Shown here one piece after another: positions 24,121-34,074 of a DNA stretch of 61,516 bases. Origin of the DNA: a virus; IMG/VR virus record IMGVR_UViG_3300027908_000008, positions 1-61,516 of that record. One strand, written 5' to 3'. The position numbers and the translations under genes were made by a program. The notes below the pieces were generated by a model. The model did no database searches. It was not told where the DNA came from and worked only from the letters and a program-made list of their open reading frames with translations. Positions within the stretch are counted from its first letter, which is position 1. Each line of letters opens with the position of its first letter.

Positions 24121-26019
24121 TTACGGCGTGTGGTGGATGTTGACGAGATACGAGGTCGCAGCTGGGCTCGTCGTGTCATTGTCAGCTTGCCCAGCCGTGA
24201 TGCAGACCGAGGCCGCTGTCCCATAGGCGTCGTTCATCGGAATGTTCGTGCCGCCGCCCGAGGCTCCAGGGGCCGGGATCATGGCCCGCTCGCGCGGGGT
24301 TCCAGAGCCGCAGGTCTGCGATGCCTGAGCCACGTTGTAGAGCTTCACGAACACCGGGGTCGCTGCCGAGATAGAGGACGCGTCAACCGACGTGATCGTG
24401 CAGGCCGCGGCGCACACCGCGACCGAGGTGGTGTTGTTCGCGACGATGATCGAGGTGACCGTGCCGCCGCAGGAAGCGCAGCTGTTGGTCGAGCCGATCA
24501 ACGCCGTGCCTGCCGGGATCGACGCGCCGGTGTTCGAAGCGATAGTCTGGAGTGCAGCGGCGTCGGTGGTATCGAGGGTGGTGGTCACGCCGACCGAGGG
24601 CGCGCCAGTGCCAATCGGCCCGCTAATGGCAATCGATCCGCCAGGGGCGACGGCGACCCGCATGGTGTGCGTATCTGAAGGGCCGTTCCCGGTCGAGACC
24701 GTCGCGCCATTAAGACCGAGCACATCAACGCCTGGGGCGCCCGACGGGGTGATCAGCGGCTGGATCGAGCCGGCCGAGGAGTTCAGCGACGCGACGGCCG
24801 TGCCGGTTGAAACCGCCGTGATGTGGTACTCGACGAAGCGCCAACCGGCCGCCGGGACGAACCACGAGCCGCCGGCTGTGATGGCGGTTCCCGGAGTGAC
24901 GGCGGTCCCGGTAGTGGTGTTGAAGGCCGGGACGTTGAAGTAATTGGTCCCGTCGATCGAGGCGCGCACCAAGCCGGAAAGGCCGGTGAAGGTCCCGGTG
25001 ATCTGGAGTCCGACCGAACCCGCGCCCTGGCTGTTGACGATGATGTCGCCCGCGCCGGTGAAGCTCGTCGGCCCCTGGAGCACGTCATTTGGAGGGGCAT
25101 TGACCGTGATCGCAGCCCCCGGAGGCACAACGGAGCCGGCCGAGGAGTTGACGTTGAACACCTCCGAGCCGCCAGAGATGGCGGTCAGGTTGACACGCAC
25201 GAAGCGCCACCCCGAGGCCGGGACGGTCCATTGGCCCGCTGCGGTGGTGATCGGGGTCCCCGGCTGCACGATGGCGGCTGCGGGCGTGTAGGCCGCCACG
25301 CTGAACCACGTCGTGCCGTCGAGGCTGGCCTGGAAGGTGTAGGAGAGCCCGGTGCCCGAGCCGGTCGCCACGATGCCGACCGAGCCCGCGCCCTGGCTAT
25401 TGACTTGGGTGGTGGCCGCGCAGGCGGCGGTGCAGGTGATCGGGCCGGTGAGGACGTCGTTGGGGGGAGAGTTGACGGTGACGTTGACCGGCGCTGCGCT
25501 GGTCGAGCCGCCCGCCAGAGTCGGCGTGCCGGTGCCGGTGGTGATCGATAGCGGCGCAGACCCAGTCGCCGTGATGCCAGCGACGTTCGTATTGGAGCCA
25601 ATGTTGAAGGCAATCGACTGACCCGAATTGATCGGGTAGCCCGAGGTAGTTGCGGTGACGCTACCGTTGCCGAAGTTGAGGTAGGCCGTCACCGAGCCGT
25701 TATTGGTGATGACCGCCGTCGGGCCGGCGGAGCCGAAGGCGACATTAGACGTGACCGTGCTAGCGGCTAGGGAGGCCTGCCCTGTCGGGGCAAAAGCGGC
25801 GGTAGAAACTGTGCCGCTGAACGTCGCGTTGACGCAGCCTTTGCCGGTCGTATCTTCGTAGGGCGAAGCGTTTCGGCTAGGAGAAAGCGTCTGCCCGTTC
25901 GTCGTGCCGCAACTCGACGTGACGATAGGGACGGCAGACTGCGCAAACGCGCTGCCGGCAAGCCCAAACGGGCTCATCGCCAACAGCGCGATTAGCAGGG
26001 ATCGGAAGGCGGCCATCAA
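24121..26019 (-). CDS. Signal-peptide protein with two tandem ~115-aa beta-rich repeats
   Basis: MMAAFRSLLIALLAMSPFGLAGSAFA; repeats N(S/A)PPNDVL(T/Q)GP...VNSQGAGSVG...DGT(T/N)(W/Y)F...(A/S)GWRFV...NSSAGS at about 24745..25473. Confidence 0.6.
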   Translation of the reverse strand: MMAAFRSLLIALLAMSPFGLAGSAFAQSAVPIVTSSCGTTNGQTLSPSRNASPYEDTTGKGCVNATFSGTVSTAAFAPTGQASLAASTVTSNVAFGSAGPTAVITNNGSVTAYLNFGNGSVTATTSGYPINSGQSIAFNIGSNTNVAGITATGSAPLSITTGTGTPTLAGGSTSAAPVNVTVNSPPNDVLTGPITCTAACAATTQVNSQGAGSVGIVATGSGTGLSYTFQASLDGTTWFSVAAYTPAAAIVQPGTPITTAAGQWTVPASGWRFVRVNLTAISGGSEVFNVNSSAGSVVPPGAAITVNAPPNDVLQGPTSFTGAGDIIVNSQGAGSVGLQITGTFTGLSGLVRASIDGTNYFNVPAFNTTTGTAVTPGTAITAGGSWFVPAAGWRFVEYHITAVSTGTAVASLNSSAGSIQPLITPSGAPGVDVLGLNGATVSTGNGPSDTHTMRVAVAPGGSIAISGPIGTGAPSVGVTTTLDTTDAAALQTIASNTGASIPAGTALIGSTNSCASCGGTVTSIIVANNTTSVAVCAAACTITSVDASSISAATPVFVKLYNVAQASQTCGSGTPRERAMIPAPGASGGGTNIPMNDAYGTAASVCITAGQADNDTTSPAATSYLVNIHHTP

Positions 26020-26086
26020 GGTCTCCGGTCGAAAATAGGTCGGAGCCCTTCGGGCAGGTTACGCTTCGCGCACTGAAAAGCGGAGA

Positions 26087-26272
26087 TCAGTCCTTGTGGC
26101 CGTGGTGGTAGTGGTGGATGTGCACGTGCTTGTGCTCGCCCTTGGCGTGCTCCTTGCGACCAGCCGCATGGCCAGCCTTCACGTGCTCCTTGTGGCCTTC
26201 CTTGTGCGCGGCCTTCTTCATGCCGGCGCGTTCGTGGGCCTTGGCCTCACGCTTCGGTTCGTGGCGCATCAT
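26087..26272 (-). CDS. Histidine/lysine-rich miniprotein (61 aa, 15 His)
   Basis: MMRHEPKREAKAHERAGMKKAAHKEGHKEHVKAGHAAGRKEHAKGEHKHVHIHHYHHGHKD; nearly all codons end in G/C. Confidence 0.5.
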   Translation of the reverse strand: MMRHEPKREAKAHERAGMKKAAHKEGHKEHVKAGHAAGRKEHAKGEHKHVHIHHYHHGHKD

Positions 26273-26376
26273 GGCGCTTTCCTTTTCATCCGCCTGGCGC
26301 TCCGATGTAGAGACGCCTTCAAAGCGTATTCGCTGGCGCTTAGACCAGCGGCCGGCTTGCAATGTCCGGTAGGAAG

Positions 26377-26405
26377 CGGGCGCGAAAAGCCTTCGGCAGG
26401 CCCGC
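26377..26405 (-). terminator. Weak terminator-like hairpin after the tail-fibre gene
   Basis: Minus strand reads GCGGGC-CUGCCGAAGGCUUUUCGC-GCCCGC; inner GCCU/AGGC stem followed by UUUU. Confidence 0.3.
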
Positions 26406-26448
26406 AAACACTGTGACGCTAGCGCGTTTGCCTAAGTTCTTCAATCGG

Positions 26449-27276
26449 CTAATTGCCGAGAACTAGAACCGTCCCGGTGCGAGCAAATCCGTCCGTCGCG
26501 CCCTTGTTGACCGTGCAGCCGTTCACCGTTACCGAAGTCACGCCTACCATCTCAAGCGCCGCGTTGTTGATTGCGACCCACGGAAGGCCAAGCACCTGTG
26601 TCGGGAACATCAGCGGCCACGTCACAGCCTGTGAAGCACCGCCAGCCGAGCCTAGCGAAAATGTCGTCCACTGAAGAATCAGGCCAGCGAATTTGACGTA
26701 GCCAGAGGACGGACTTGTTGGAACCGTCGCACCGACAGCCGCCTCCACGAAAGCCGTAGTAGCGAGCTGTGTCGTGTCTGTACCCGGTGCGGCAGTTGGT
26801 GCAGTTGGTATCCCAGTGAGTGCGGGGGAGGCCAGCGGGGCGTAGTCCTGGCCCTGGACATAAGCCGTTGTCGCCAGGCTGTTCGAGTTGTCGTTCAGTG
26901 CCGTCGTGGGCGCGGTCGGTACGCCGGTGAAGTGCGGCGAATTGATCGGTGCGAAGCCGGTAATGATAGCGGCCGCAGCGACTAGGGCTATGGCGTCGTA
27001 AGTGAATGTCTCGCCGTCTGGGAACGCCAGCGTGCAATCGTAAGTCTGCGTCGCGTCCGCGAAGATTGTGGTCGAGTTTTCATAGAAACGACCAGCCGCA
27101 TCAGAGACTTGCGGGTTTGGGATGGGCGTCGCTAGGGCTTCGTCGGCGAACAGCGATGCAAGTGTCGAGCCCCCCGAGATGCGAACGGTCAGAGCGGCGC
27201 CGACTTGGAGCTGATCGTTCGCACCTATGCAGGGCTCAGCGAGCGGTAGAACGAGGCGACCGCTTGTCGTCGTCAT
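26449..27276 (-). CDS. Tail fibre protein
   Basis: SPHFTGVPTAPTTALNDNSNSLATTAYV and SPALTGIPTAPTAAPGTDTTQLATTAFV repeats; C-terminus GLILQWTTF...VTWPLMFPTQV (gp53-like C-terminal type). Confidence 0.75.
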   Translation of the reverse strand: MTTTSGRLVLPLAEPCIGANDQLQVGAALTVRISGGSTLASLFADEALATPIPNPQVSDAAGRFYENSTTIFADATQTYDCTLAFPDGETFTYDAIALVAAAAIITGFAPINSPHFTGVPTAPTTALNDNSNSLATTAYVQGQDYAPLASPALTGIPTAPTAAPGTDTTQLATTAFVEAAVGATVPTSPSSGYVKFAGLILQWTTFSLGSAGGASQAVTWPLMFPTQVLGLPWVAINNAALEMVGVTSVTVNGCTVNKGATDGFARTGTVLVLGN

Positions 27277-27396
27277 GGCGCGATGCCTGTGCTAGCGTTC
27301 TGAATGGATTTCATCGAAGCGGTCATCGCTGGCCTGTTCGCCCCGCACTTCCTTTGGGCGCTTGGCCTGCTAACCATAGTACATTTCATGATGGGG

Positions 27397-30003
27397 CTAC
27401 TGGGCATTGGCCCCTACCGGCGAGGGCTGAAACGCGTTCGGCAACCGGACACCAGCCAGGGCGCTCAGCGGGATTTCGACCGGCCGCACTATATTCCCCA
27501 GCCCGCTCAGTGCACTGTTCGTTACGGACCTTGGGGCGTTCGGCAGTGAGCGGGCAACCAGCGCAGGCGTGCCGCTAGGCCCGAGTCTAGAAGCCTGAAT
27601 AGCCCGCGATAGGCCCTTGACGCCGGCTAGGGCCGCGCCACCCGCCAACGTACCTGCGGCCACGGAGAGTGCATTAGGGTCGTGCAGCAACGCAAGTGCA
27701 GCCGCCGCGCCTTCGCCCATCCCCGTCGCGCCAATGCCAATCGGCCCCATCAGCGCCTTAGCACGATTGGCTGAGCCCGACTGAGGTGGTGGCTTGAGGA
27801 TCGACTGGCCAATCTGGGCCAGCTCGCCTAGATCGCCCGCTCCTTGACGTGCGACATTTTGAAAGTTGGAAAGCACCGCGCCACGAAGTAGCGGCGGGGA
27901 GATTTCGCCGTTGTCGCCAGATTTCGGCGCCAACTTCTCCACCGTCATAAGATTCTTGTACTGCCAGCGAGCGTTCTGAAACGCATCCCAATCGGTGGTC
28001 GGCATGTTCGCGGCGAGGCCATCGCCAAGGGCATCTTTGATCTGCGACGCGAAGCGGGCAACGTCCGAGTTGTCGTTTCTGGTCAGCAGATCGAGCGAGG
28101 AGCCGCGATTGGTGAGCGCCTGATACGCCTGACCTGAAATTCCGTTCGCATTTCTGACGCTGCCGATCTTCTCGGCCATGTTGAGGAGCGGCTTAGCGTC
28201 GTCGCCAAGCACTTCCTGTGCCTGACCGATGATCTGTCCGATTTTCGTCTGCACGGCGTCCGCCGTGGGCGCATCGATCCGATTGCGCGACGTGACATCG
28301 TCCAGCACGCCGCCGATTCGGGCGTGCGCTGTATTAAGTGCTGGGCCGGATACATCGCCACTGGGATCGCCATACGAGCCTGTCATGCCGCGCATGTAGG
28401 CTTGCCGCTGCTGGGCATTATTGGCTTGGTAGTCTTTGTTGCTGCCTAGCAGAACGTCGTCGGCATAGCGGTCATCGGCATTGGCCGAAATCTGCCCCAC
28501 CCTAACCGGAATGCCATACTTGTTGATGGCCGTGTCGGCGAGTTGAGCGAGGCCGGGTGAGACCGTCTTGTTGCCCACCAGGCTACTCGCGACGCTTCCT
28601 GCCTTGTCGAGAACCGCAGGAACCGCAACCCCCGCTAAAGCCCCCGTAGCGAGTTGCTGAGCCACTGGTGCGGAATTGGCTCCGACACTAGGCGCGGTGG
28701 CGGCAACGCCGCGTAGCGCGTTCGTACCGGCCTGGGCGAGCATCCTGCCGCCGGCGCCCAAAGCAGTAGGCGCCTCAAGCTCGGGAACCGCCGCTGCGGC
28801 TATCGTGGCAGGGACGGTTTGACCAATGAAGCGACCAGTTTGAGCATAGGGATCGCCGACATGCTTTTGCGCATAGTCGCTCTGTTGCTGAGCGACACCC
28901 TGCTGAGCCGCATCTGCCAGGTCTTTTTGAGAGATACCGCCCTGAGTGGTCGCTAGCGCGTCCATCATCGGGTCGCCGCTTCCTGCCGCTGCGATTCCGC
29001 CGCCAGTCAGGCGCGAGGCAGAGGCCGCCGTATCCATCCCGACGCCTTGAGCTAGGCCCTCAAGCCCGCTCTCGGCTTTCTCGGCCAAGCCGCCAGGATT
29101 GATATGTTCCTGGCCCTTGAGGTCCACCCAATGGATCGCGGGGCCGGTAGGCTGTGGACTGTCCGGCTCGAGGAAGTAAGGGTTGCTTGGCGAGCCAGCC
29201 ATGGCCTGCGTATCGAACTTACGGGCCGGGTCCTTTTCCATCTGCTGCGCAGTGGTTTGCTGCGCGGAAGTCATCGCAGAGCCGGTGGATTTGTAGATGT
29301 CGGTCGTGCCGGCAGGGAGTGCGCCAGCCGCCTCACCAGCAAGCGCGGCTTGGTCGTCAGCGCTCACGCCACTAGCGGATTTGGCAGAAGGCGTAGCCTG
29401 ATCCGGCGTCGTTATCGCCGTATGTTCATCGGGTGTGAGACCGATCGAGCTGGCCACATCGTTCGATGCGGTGTCAGTGACGGGCGAGCCCCTATACCCA
29501 TTGCCGAAAAGCTGCGTCCCAATCATCGTCCCGGTGGACGGATCGAACGGCGGCTTTACCCCGCGCTGCGCTACAATCTTCGGGTTGAAGAAGCTGTCGT
29601 AAGGCCCAGCGGTCACGTCCTTGACGTTGTTGAGCGCCGACTGAAATGCTGGGCTAGACGTATCCACGCTCTGAATGCGGCCGTTCTGGTAGGTCTCGAA
29701 TTGGCCCGGCTCGGAAAGAACCTGACTGACGGTCCTCCCGGTGTCCTGCACCCGCTTGAGGATGGCGCCGGCCACGTTTCGCTGGCTCTCCGGGTTGTTA
29801 GGATCGGCTTCGACCAGAGAGGCGCGGGCGATCAAGTTCAACCCGGATTCGTCAGGAAGCGGAGGCGGCGCAGACTGGGACGATGGCGCGGAAGTTTGAG
29901 GCGCAGGCGTCAGTGGCGCCAGCTCGGGCACACCAAGGCTCGCGGCTACGTCATCAGCTACCGCCAAGGTAGCCCAGCCGCTTCGCAGCAGCCGCCTCCG
30001 CAT
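27397..30003 (-). CDS. Internal virion/ejection protein with a SleB-like cell-wall hydrolase domain
   Basis: LIARASLVEADPNNPESQRNVAGAILKRVQDTGRTVSQVLSEPGQFETYQNG; 868 aa; start may be TTG 29967 or GTG 29931. Confidence 0.65.
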   Translation of the reverse strand: MRRRLLRSGWATLAVADDVAASLGVPELAPLTPAPQTSAPSSQSAPPPLPDESGLNLIARASLVEADPNNPESQRNVAGAILKRVQDTGRTVSQVLSEPGQFETYQNGRIQSVDTSSPAFQSALNNVKDVTAGPYDSFFNPKIVAQRGVKPPFDPSTGTMIGTQLFGNGYRGSPVTDTASNDVASSIGLTPDEHTAITTPDQATPSAKSASGVSADDQAALAGEAAGALPAGTTDIYKSTGSAMTSAQQTTAQQMEKDPARKFDTQAMAGSPSNPYFLEPDSPQPTGPAIHWVDLKGQEHINPGGLAEKAESGLEGLAQGVGMDTAASASRLTGGGIAAAGSGDPMMDALATTQGGISQKDLADAAQQGVAQQQSDYAQKHVGDPYAQTGRFIGQTVPATIAAAAVPELEAPTALGAGGRMLAQAGTNALRGVAATAPSVGANSAPVAQQLATGALAGVAVPAVLDKAGSVASSLVGNKTVSPGLAQLADTAINKYGIPVRVGQISANADDRYADDVLLGSNKDYQANNAQQRQAYMRGMTGSYGDPSGDVSGPALNTAHARIGGVLDDVTSRNRIDAPTADAVQTKIGQIIGQAQEVLGDDAKPLLNMAEKIGSVRNANGISGQAYQALTNRGSSLDLLTRNDNSDVARFASQIKDALGDGLAANMPTTDWDAFQNARWQYKNLMTVEKLAPKSGDNGEISPPLLRGAVLSNFQNVARQGAGDLGELAQIGQSILKPPPQSGSANRAKALMGPIGIGATGMGEGAAAALALLHDPNALSVAAGTLAGGAALAGVKGLSRAIQASRLGPSGTPALVARSLPNAPRSVTNSALSGLGNIVRPVEIPLSALAGVRLPNAFQPSPVGANAQ

Positions 30004-31759
30004 CGAATCGCTTCGGCCCCACTTCGCCCTTCACGGCCGCCTGCTGCGCGGGGTCCATGTACTGCGCCTGGAATACGCGCGGATCGAATAGCTTCATCCA
30101 GCCAGGAAGCCACTGGTTATAGGTCTCGTAGCCGTGTGGCGGGATGCCTGCGGCTGGGTTGCCGTTCTTCCACGTCTCCCAGGCTTGGCGGGTGGCGTTG
30201 CCATAATCCTCGTTGCCTTCGAGCACGCCGGTCAGACGCTTGATGCCTAGGGGCGACGTTTCTTCGTGGGGCGTAGTCCCCGCAGCGATATCTGTTCCTT
30301 GATTGGTCGCGGGCAGCCCAAGCTGAGACATCTGCTGCGCCGCAACCGACAGTGCCATCTTGCGCACCTCTTCATAAGCGGCGGTCTGATCGGTCGTGGG
30401 CGCGAATGGCGTCTTGATGCCGTACTCAGCCGCGATCTGGCCGATTTTCCCCCAGAACGGCGCTTGCGGGCCGGTGCTGATGTCGCCAGCCGCTTGACGC
30501 AGGTTATCAAGGTTAGCCTTTCGGCCCTTGTAGCCGTTGGTGTAGTTCTCGAAGGCGGTTGCGGCATCGACGCTCGCCTGTGCACCGCCAGCAATACCCT
30601 TCGCGCCTGCGATGGTCGGGCTCGCAATTGGTGCGCCGGCTTGGCCCCCGGTCGCGGTCGGCGCCTGACCAATCGGCACGAAATATGGTTTTCCCGATTC
30701 GTCGTAGTTGACGATGCCCTTCTGCACAGCCCCGCTAGGAAGCGTGATTTCCATCGGCGATCCCGCCGCCGAGCCCTTAGCGCTTGCTTCCGCCACTGCC
30801 TGCTGCACGGCCGGTAGCGTGTTGAGATTGGCGAGATTGGTCGCCGTCGTAGTACTGGCCGCAACCGTGGGGGCGAAAGCGGCATGGGCGGCCTCTTGGC
30901 GAGCCGGTCCGGTAAGTGCGATATCCTGCTGAAAACCTGGCGCCTGGTCGATACCAGTAGCCGCAGTGATCGCACCCTGTACCAGTGGTTGGCGAAGTGG
31001 TGAATTAAGGTGCGCCTGTGCGCTTGCGATATTCGGGTCGGACGCTTGAAGTTGTTGCGTATTCGGGTAGCCCACGGGAGGGCTTGCCGCTCCGGTATTC
31101 CATGCGTTCGTGGGATGGGTCGATAGATTGACGCCCGCAGGCGCACCACCCGCCATCGCGCCAAAATTCGCGGCGTGTTCGCTATAGTGGTTCGTTAGGT
31201 CGTCCAACGCCTCGTCAGAGAAGTTCGCGTCTGAAAGGTGCTGGCCCACCGCATCAAGCGCCTGTGTCGGCAAGCCCTGAGATGCAAACTGTTGTCGTTC
31301 GGCGTTCCATGCGGCTAGTCGCTGATTCGGAGGCGCGGCCTTGATGCGGCCCACCGCATCCGATGCGGCCTGCATGGTCTGCTGGGCTTGCTGCAATTGT
31401 TGTGGGGAGGGTTGAGCGGGTTGCGGCTGCTGAGAGGATTGTTGCGCGTCCTGCGCACGCTGCGCTGCGATGGCGTCCGCAGCCTCCCCAAACGCGCCCG
31501 TCGCCACAGGCAACTTCGCTTGATTGAGGGCGCGTTGATAAGCTAGGTCCAGCACGGCTTTGCCCTGATCTGCCATACCGATCTGAGCCAGCCCGTTTAG
31601 TGCGCTTCCGACCGAATCTGGATTACTGAGGTCAACGCCATGCAACGCACTCAGCGCGCGGTTCTGCTGGACAAGCGCAAGCTGAGAGGCCGCATTCTGC
31701 GTCTGCTGACCGGCGATTTGCCCAGGAAGCGCGGCGGCGTTCCAGTCTATGAAGCTCAT
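29954..31759 (-). CDS. Large internal virion/ejection protein (Q/A-rich)
   Basis: 601-aa track ORF, position equivalent to P22-type ejection proteins. Confidence 0.55.
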   Translation of the reverse strand: MSFIDWNAAALPGQIAGQQTQNAASQLALVQQNRALSALHGVDLSNPDSVGSALNGLAQIGMADQGKAVLDLAYQRALNQAKLPVATGAFGEAADAIAAQRAQDAQQSSQQPQPAQPSPQQLQQAQQTMQAASDAVGRIKAAPPNQRLAAWNAERQQFASQGLPTQALDAVGQHLSDANFSDEALDDLTNHYSEHAANFGAMAGGAPAGVNLSTHPTNAWNTGAASPPVGYPNTQQLQASDPNIASAQAHLNSPLRQPLVQGAITAATGIDQAPGFQQDIALTGPARQEAAHAAFAPTVAASTTTATNLANLNTLPAVQQAVAEASAKGSAAGSPMEITLPSGAVQKGIVNYDESGKPYFVPIGQAPTATGGQAGAPIASPTIAGAKGIAGGAQASVDAATAFENYTNGYKGRKANLDNLRQAAGDISTGPQAPFWGKIGQIAAEYGIKTPFAPTTDQTAAYEEVRKMALSVAAQQMSQLGLPATNQGTDIAAGTTPHEETSPLGIKRLTGVLEGNEDYGNATRQAWETWKNGNPAAGIPPHGYETYNQWLPGWMKLFDPRVFQAQYMDPAQQAAVKGEVGPKRFDAEAAAAKRLGYLGGS

Positions 31760-32485
31760 TTAAGACACCGTGATCGGGGGGGCCGTGATGCCCTGGAGCG
31801 CAGAGGGATCAATGAACTCTCCCGATCCGCCGATCTGGCCGGGGTTAAAGCTACTGCTACCGCCTAACGCGCTGCTGATTTGGCCATAACTTGAGCCGGC
31901 CAAGTTCCCCACGCCAGTCAGGGCGCTTCCAAAAGCATTGGCCCCTATGAGCCCCGCCGTTCCGGTCGCCCCAGCCGCCAAATTGCGCGCGTTGGCATTC
32001 TGGGCCGCGAGGTTAGTTCCGGCGCTGGCGTAGATGTTCGAGCCTTGAAGACCTTGCCCCTCCTGGTTCTGCAATAGCCCCTCGTATCCCTGTAGCGCGC
32101 TCCCGGCCTGCCCCTGAGCGTAGTTGTTCAGCGCCTTGGCTGTCGCGGAGGAATTGAAAGACGGGGCATTGGCGTACTCAATCCCTTGCTCGCCCTGACC
32201 GAGTTGGAACTGATAGTTGGTCGAGTTGAGGTAGTTCTTGAACGCCGCATCTGAAGCCGCCGGATTGCCTCCTATGCCTAACAGCCCAGAAAGCGCCCCG
32301 GCCGATTCGTTGCCGGCGCCGATGATCGGATTGACATCGTTGCCTATCGTGCCGAGCAGCGCGTTATTGGCCGCAAGTGTGGCGTTCGAGGCGTTGCCTT
32401 GAGCCTTCGCGGCATTACCCGCCGCACCCGATTGAAGGGCGGCAGACCCTAGGCTTGCGGCTGCACCGATGGCGGCGACTGGCAC
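31760..32485 (-). CDS. Gly/Ala/Asn-rich virion protein
   Basis: Track ORF in the ejection-protein block. Confidence 0.5.
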   Translation of the reverse strand: MPVAAIGAAASLGSAALQSGAAGNAAKAQGNASNATLAANNALLGTIGNDVNPIIGAGNESAGALSGLLGIGGNPAASDAAFKNYLNSTNYQFQLGQGEQGIEYANAPSFNSSATAKALNNYAQGQAGSALQGYEGLLQNQEGQGLQGSNIYASAGTNLAAQNANARNLAAGATGTAGLIGANAFGSALTGVGNLAGSSYGQISSALGGSSSFNPGQIGGSGEFIDPSALQGITAPPITVS

Positions 32486-33261
32486 TCAGCGTCTCCCGAG
32501 ACATCTTCGATAGGAGCCGCTTCGCGGGAGTGACGAACGTGCAGAACCTGCAAGCCATCGGGGCTATATTGAATGAGGCATGAGCCGATGTCTAGAACGA
32601 GCGGTCGGGCCGTGAGAACCTGGATTTGCCGATAGCCGGCGTGCGCTGACCAGCGGTTGTAAAGCGCGATAGCCTTCTCGACGTTGTTCTGAAGGCATCC
32701 CTCCATCGTGGCTCCCACTAAGGCGTCGTGCACCGGGTCCTCGCCATGATCGTCGGCGACAAGTTGATGGATCGCTTCGTGAAAACGCTGGCCGTCATAT
32801 CGGCTCGGCTTGTCGCGAATTGCCCAATCGACGTAGCTCAGCGAGCGATACGACCCGTCCACCATCTCGCCCATCAGATCGAACGCCTTCTCACGCCGGA
32901 ACACTTCTCGGAACCCAGCGTGCAAGGCCCAGACATCGGCGCCCTTGTTGCCGTCTGGAACCAGTGTGACGATTTCGACCGCATCGCTCTTGGTGAACAT
33001 CTCGCGCAGGCCTTCTGAGCGAGCCTCCAGCATCTGCCGGCCGCGTCCATCAGGCAGCGCGAGCGTGTGCACGGCATAGAGCCCTTGCTGCAGCTTCACG
33101 TAGATATAACCGCCTCTTTGCTCATCGGTCAGGAAGGCGAAGTTGTTCGGATTGGCGATAGTATCAGTCAGATCGAGCTGGTGCGTGCCGCCGAGCCAGG
33201 GGCGCACTTCGGGGTGTGCGGCGATCTCATTGAAGCGCGTCGCATCCAGCGTGCGAATCAT
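32449..33261 (-). CDS. Hypothetical virion-module protein
   Basis: Track ORF, operon context. Confidence 0.5.
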   Translation of the reverse strand: MIRTLDATRFNEIAAHPEVRPWLGGTHQLDLTDTIANPNNFAFLTDEQRGGYIYVKLQQGLYAVHTLALPDGRGRQMLEARSEGLREMFTKSDAVEIVTLVPDGNKGADVWALHAGFREVFRREKAFDLMGEMVDGSYRSLSYVDWAIRDKPSRYDGQRFHEAIHQLVADDHGEDPVHDALVGATMEGCLQNNVEKAIALYNRWSAHAGYRQIQVLTARPLVLDIGSCLIQYSPDGLQVLHVRHSREAAPIEDVSGDAECQSPPSVQPQA

Positions 33262-33587
33262 AGCGTGGCCCAGCCGATGTTCAGATTCACCACATTCGCC
33301 GCATCGGCCTTGGCGAACAGCTCTTGCGAGTTGACCAGGGATTGGCCCGAGAGCGGTAGCACGCTCGTTTGCCCTGCGCCTATGTTCATGGCGTTCACCA
33401 AAATCTCGCCAGTCGCGGGAGAGCCGCCAAGCGGCACGCGATAGACCGTCACCTGATGCGCGCCAGTGTCGTTGTTGCAGGCGGTGACCTTCAGGAACAG
33501 CATCTCGGTCGAACCGAAGGCCGCCAGCACCGGATTGGTGGTGGTGGCGATCAGAACCGCGTCGGTATTGCCAAGCGCAAGCGCCAC
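33258..33587 (-). CDS. Hypothetical virion-module protein
   Basis: Track ORF; ATGA overlap. Confidence 0.5.
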   Translation of the reverse strand: MALALGNTDAVLIATTTNPVLAAFGSTEMLFLKVTACNNDTGAHQVTVYRVPLGGSPATGEILVNAMNIGAGQTSVLPLSGQSLVNSQELFAKADAANVVNLNIGWATL

Positions 33588-33600
33588 GTTGCCTCTCCAG

Positions 33601-34074
33601 TCAGGCTATCTGATGCCATGCAACAGCGTGCCAAACATAGCCGACATATGTCGCCACCGTCGTATCATAGTAAAGGTCGCCCTCGGTTTTACCGGCCGCG
33701 ACCGGCGCACCCGTGCCGAAAGTCGCGACAATCGCCACGAAATCTAACTGGGATAGCGCAAGAAGCGCCATCAGCGACGGAAGGGTTGCTTGCGGCTCAC
33801 CAGCGGTCGCTACGGCCAGAAGATCGAGCGCGCTGACACTGGAGCCACCCGACGCAGCCAGGGCTTCCTGGGCGATCTGGAGGGCGTGCTCGGCATTCCC
33901 GGCCGCTGCCGCGATGGCCGCTTCCAACGCAGCGATCTGCGCCGGTGTCAGGTTGGCACTATTCGAGAAGGTCTGAAGCCATCGGCGCCAGGGCAGGGAG
34001 AACTGTCCGTCGCCACCCAACACCGGGACCGTCGTCGGCGGGATATTCGGAGTGGTGACGCCTGTGCTACTCAA
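33601..34074 (-). CDS. Hypothetical coiled-coil protein (tail needle/plug candidate)
   Basis: Track ORF directly after the gp10-like gene; Ala-rich helical centre. Confidence 0.45.
   Translation of the reverse strand: MSSTGVTTPNIPPTTVPVLGGDGQFSLPWRRWLQTFSNSANLTPAQIAALEAAIAAAAGNAEHALQIAQEALAASGGSSVSALDLLAVATAGEPQATLPSLMALLALSQLDFVAIVATFGTGAPVAAGKTEGDLYYDTTVATYVGYVWHAVAWHQIA

Noticed and set aside
27273-27389. 38-aa minus-strand ORF in the gap before the tail fibre gene (ATGA-coupled)
   Set aside because: Third-position GC is only about two-thirds by hand count, there is no convincing RBS, and it overlaps the end of the 868-aa gene region. The support is insufficient.
27304-27549. 81-aa plus-strand ORF with hydrophobic segments
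   Set aside because: It lies antisense across the 3' end of the 868-aa virion gene in a region otherwise transcribed on the minus strand, and I saw no RBS.
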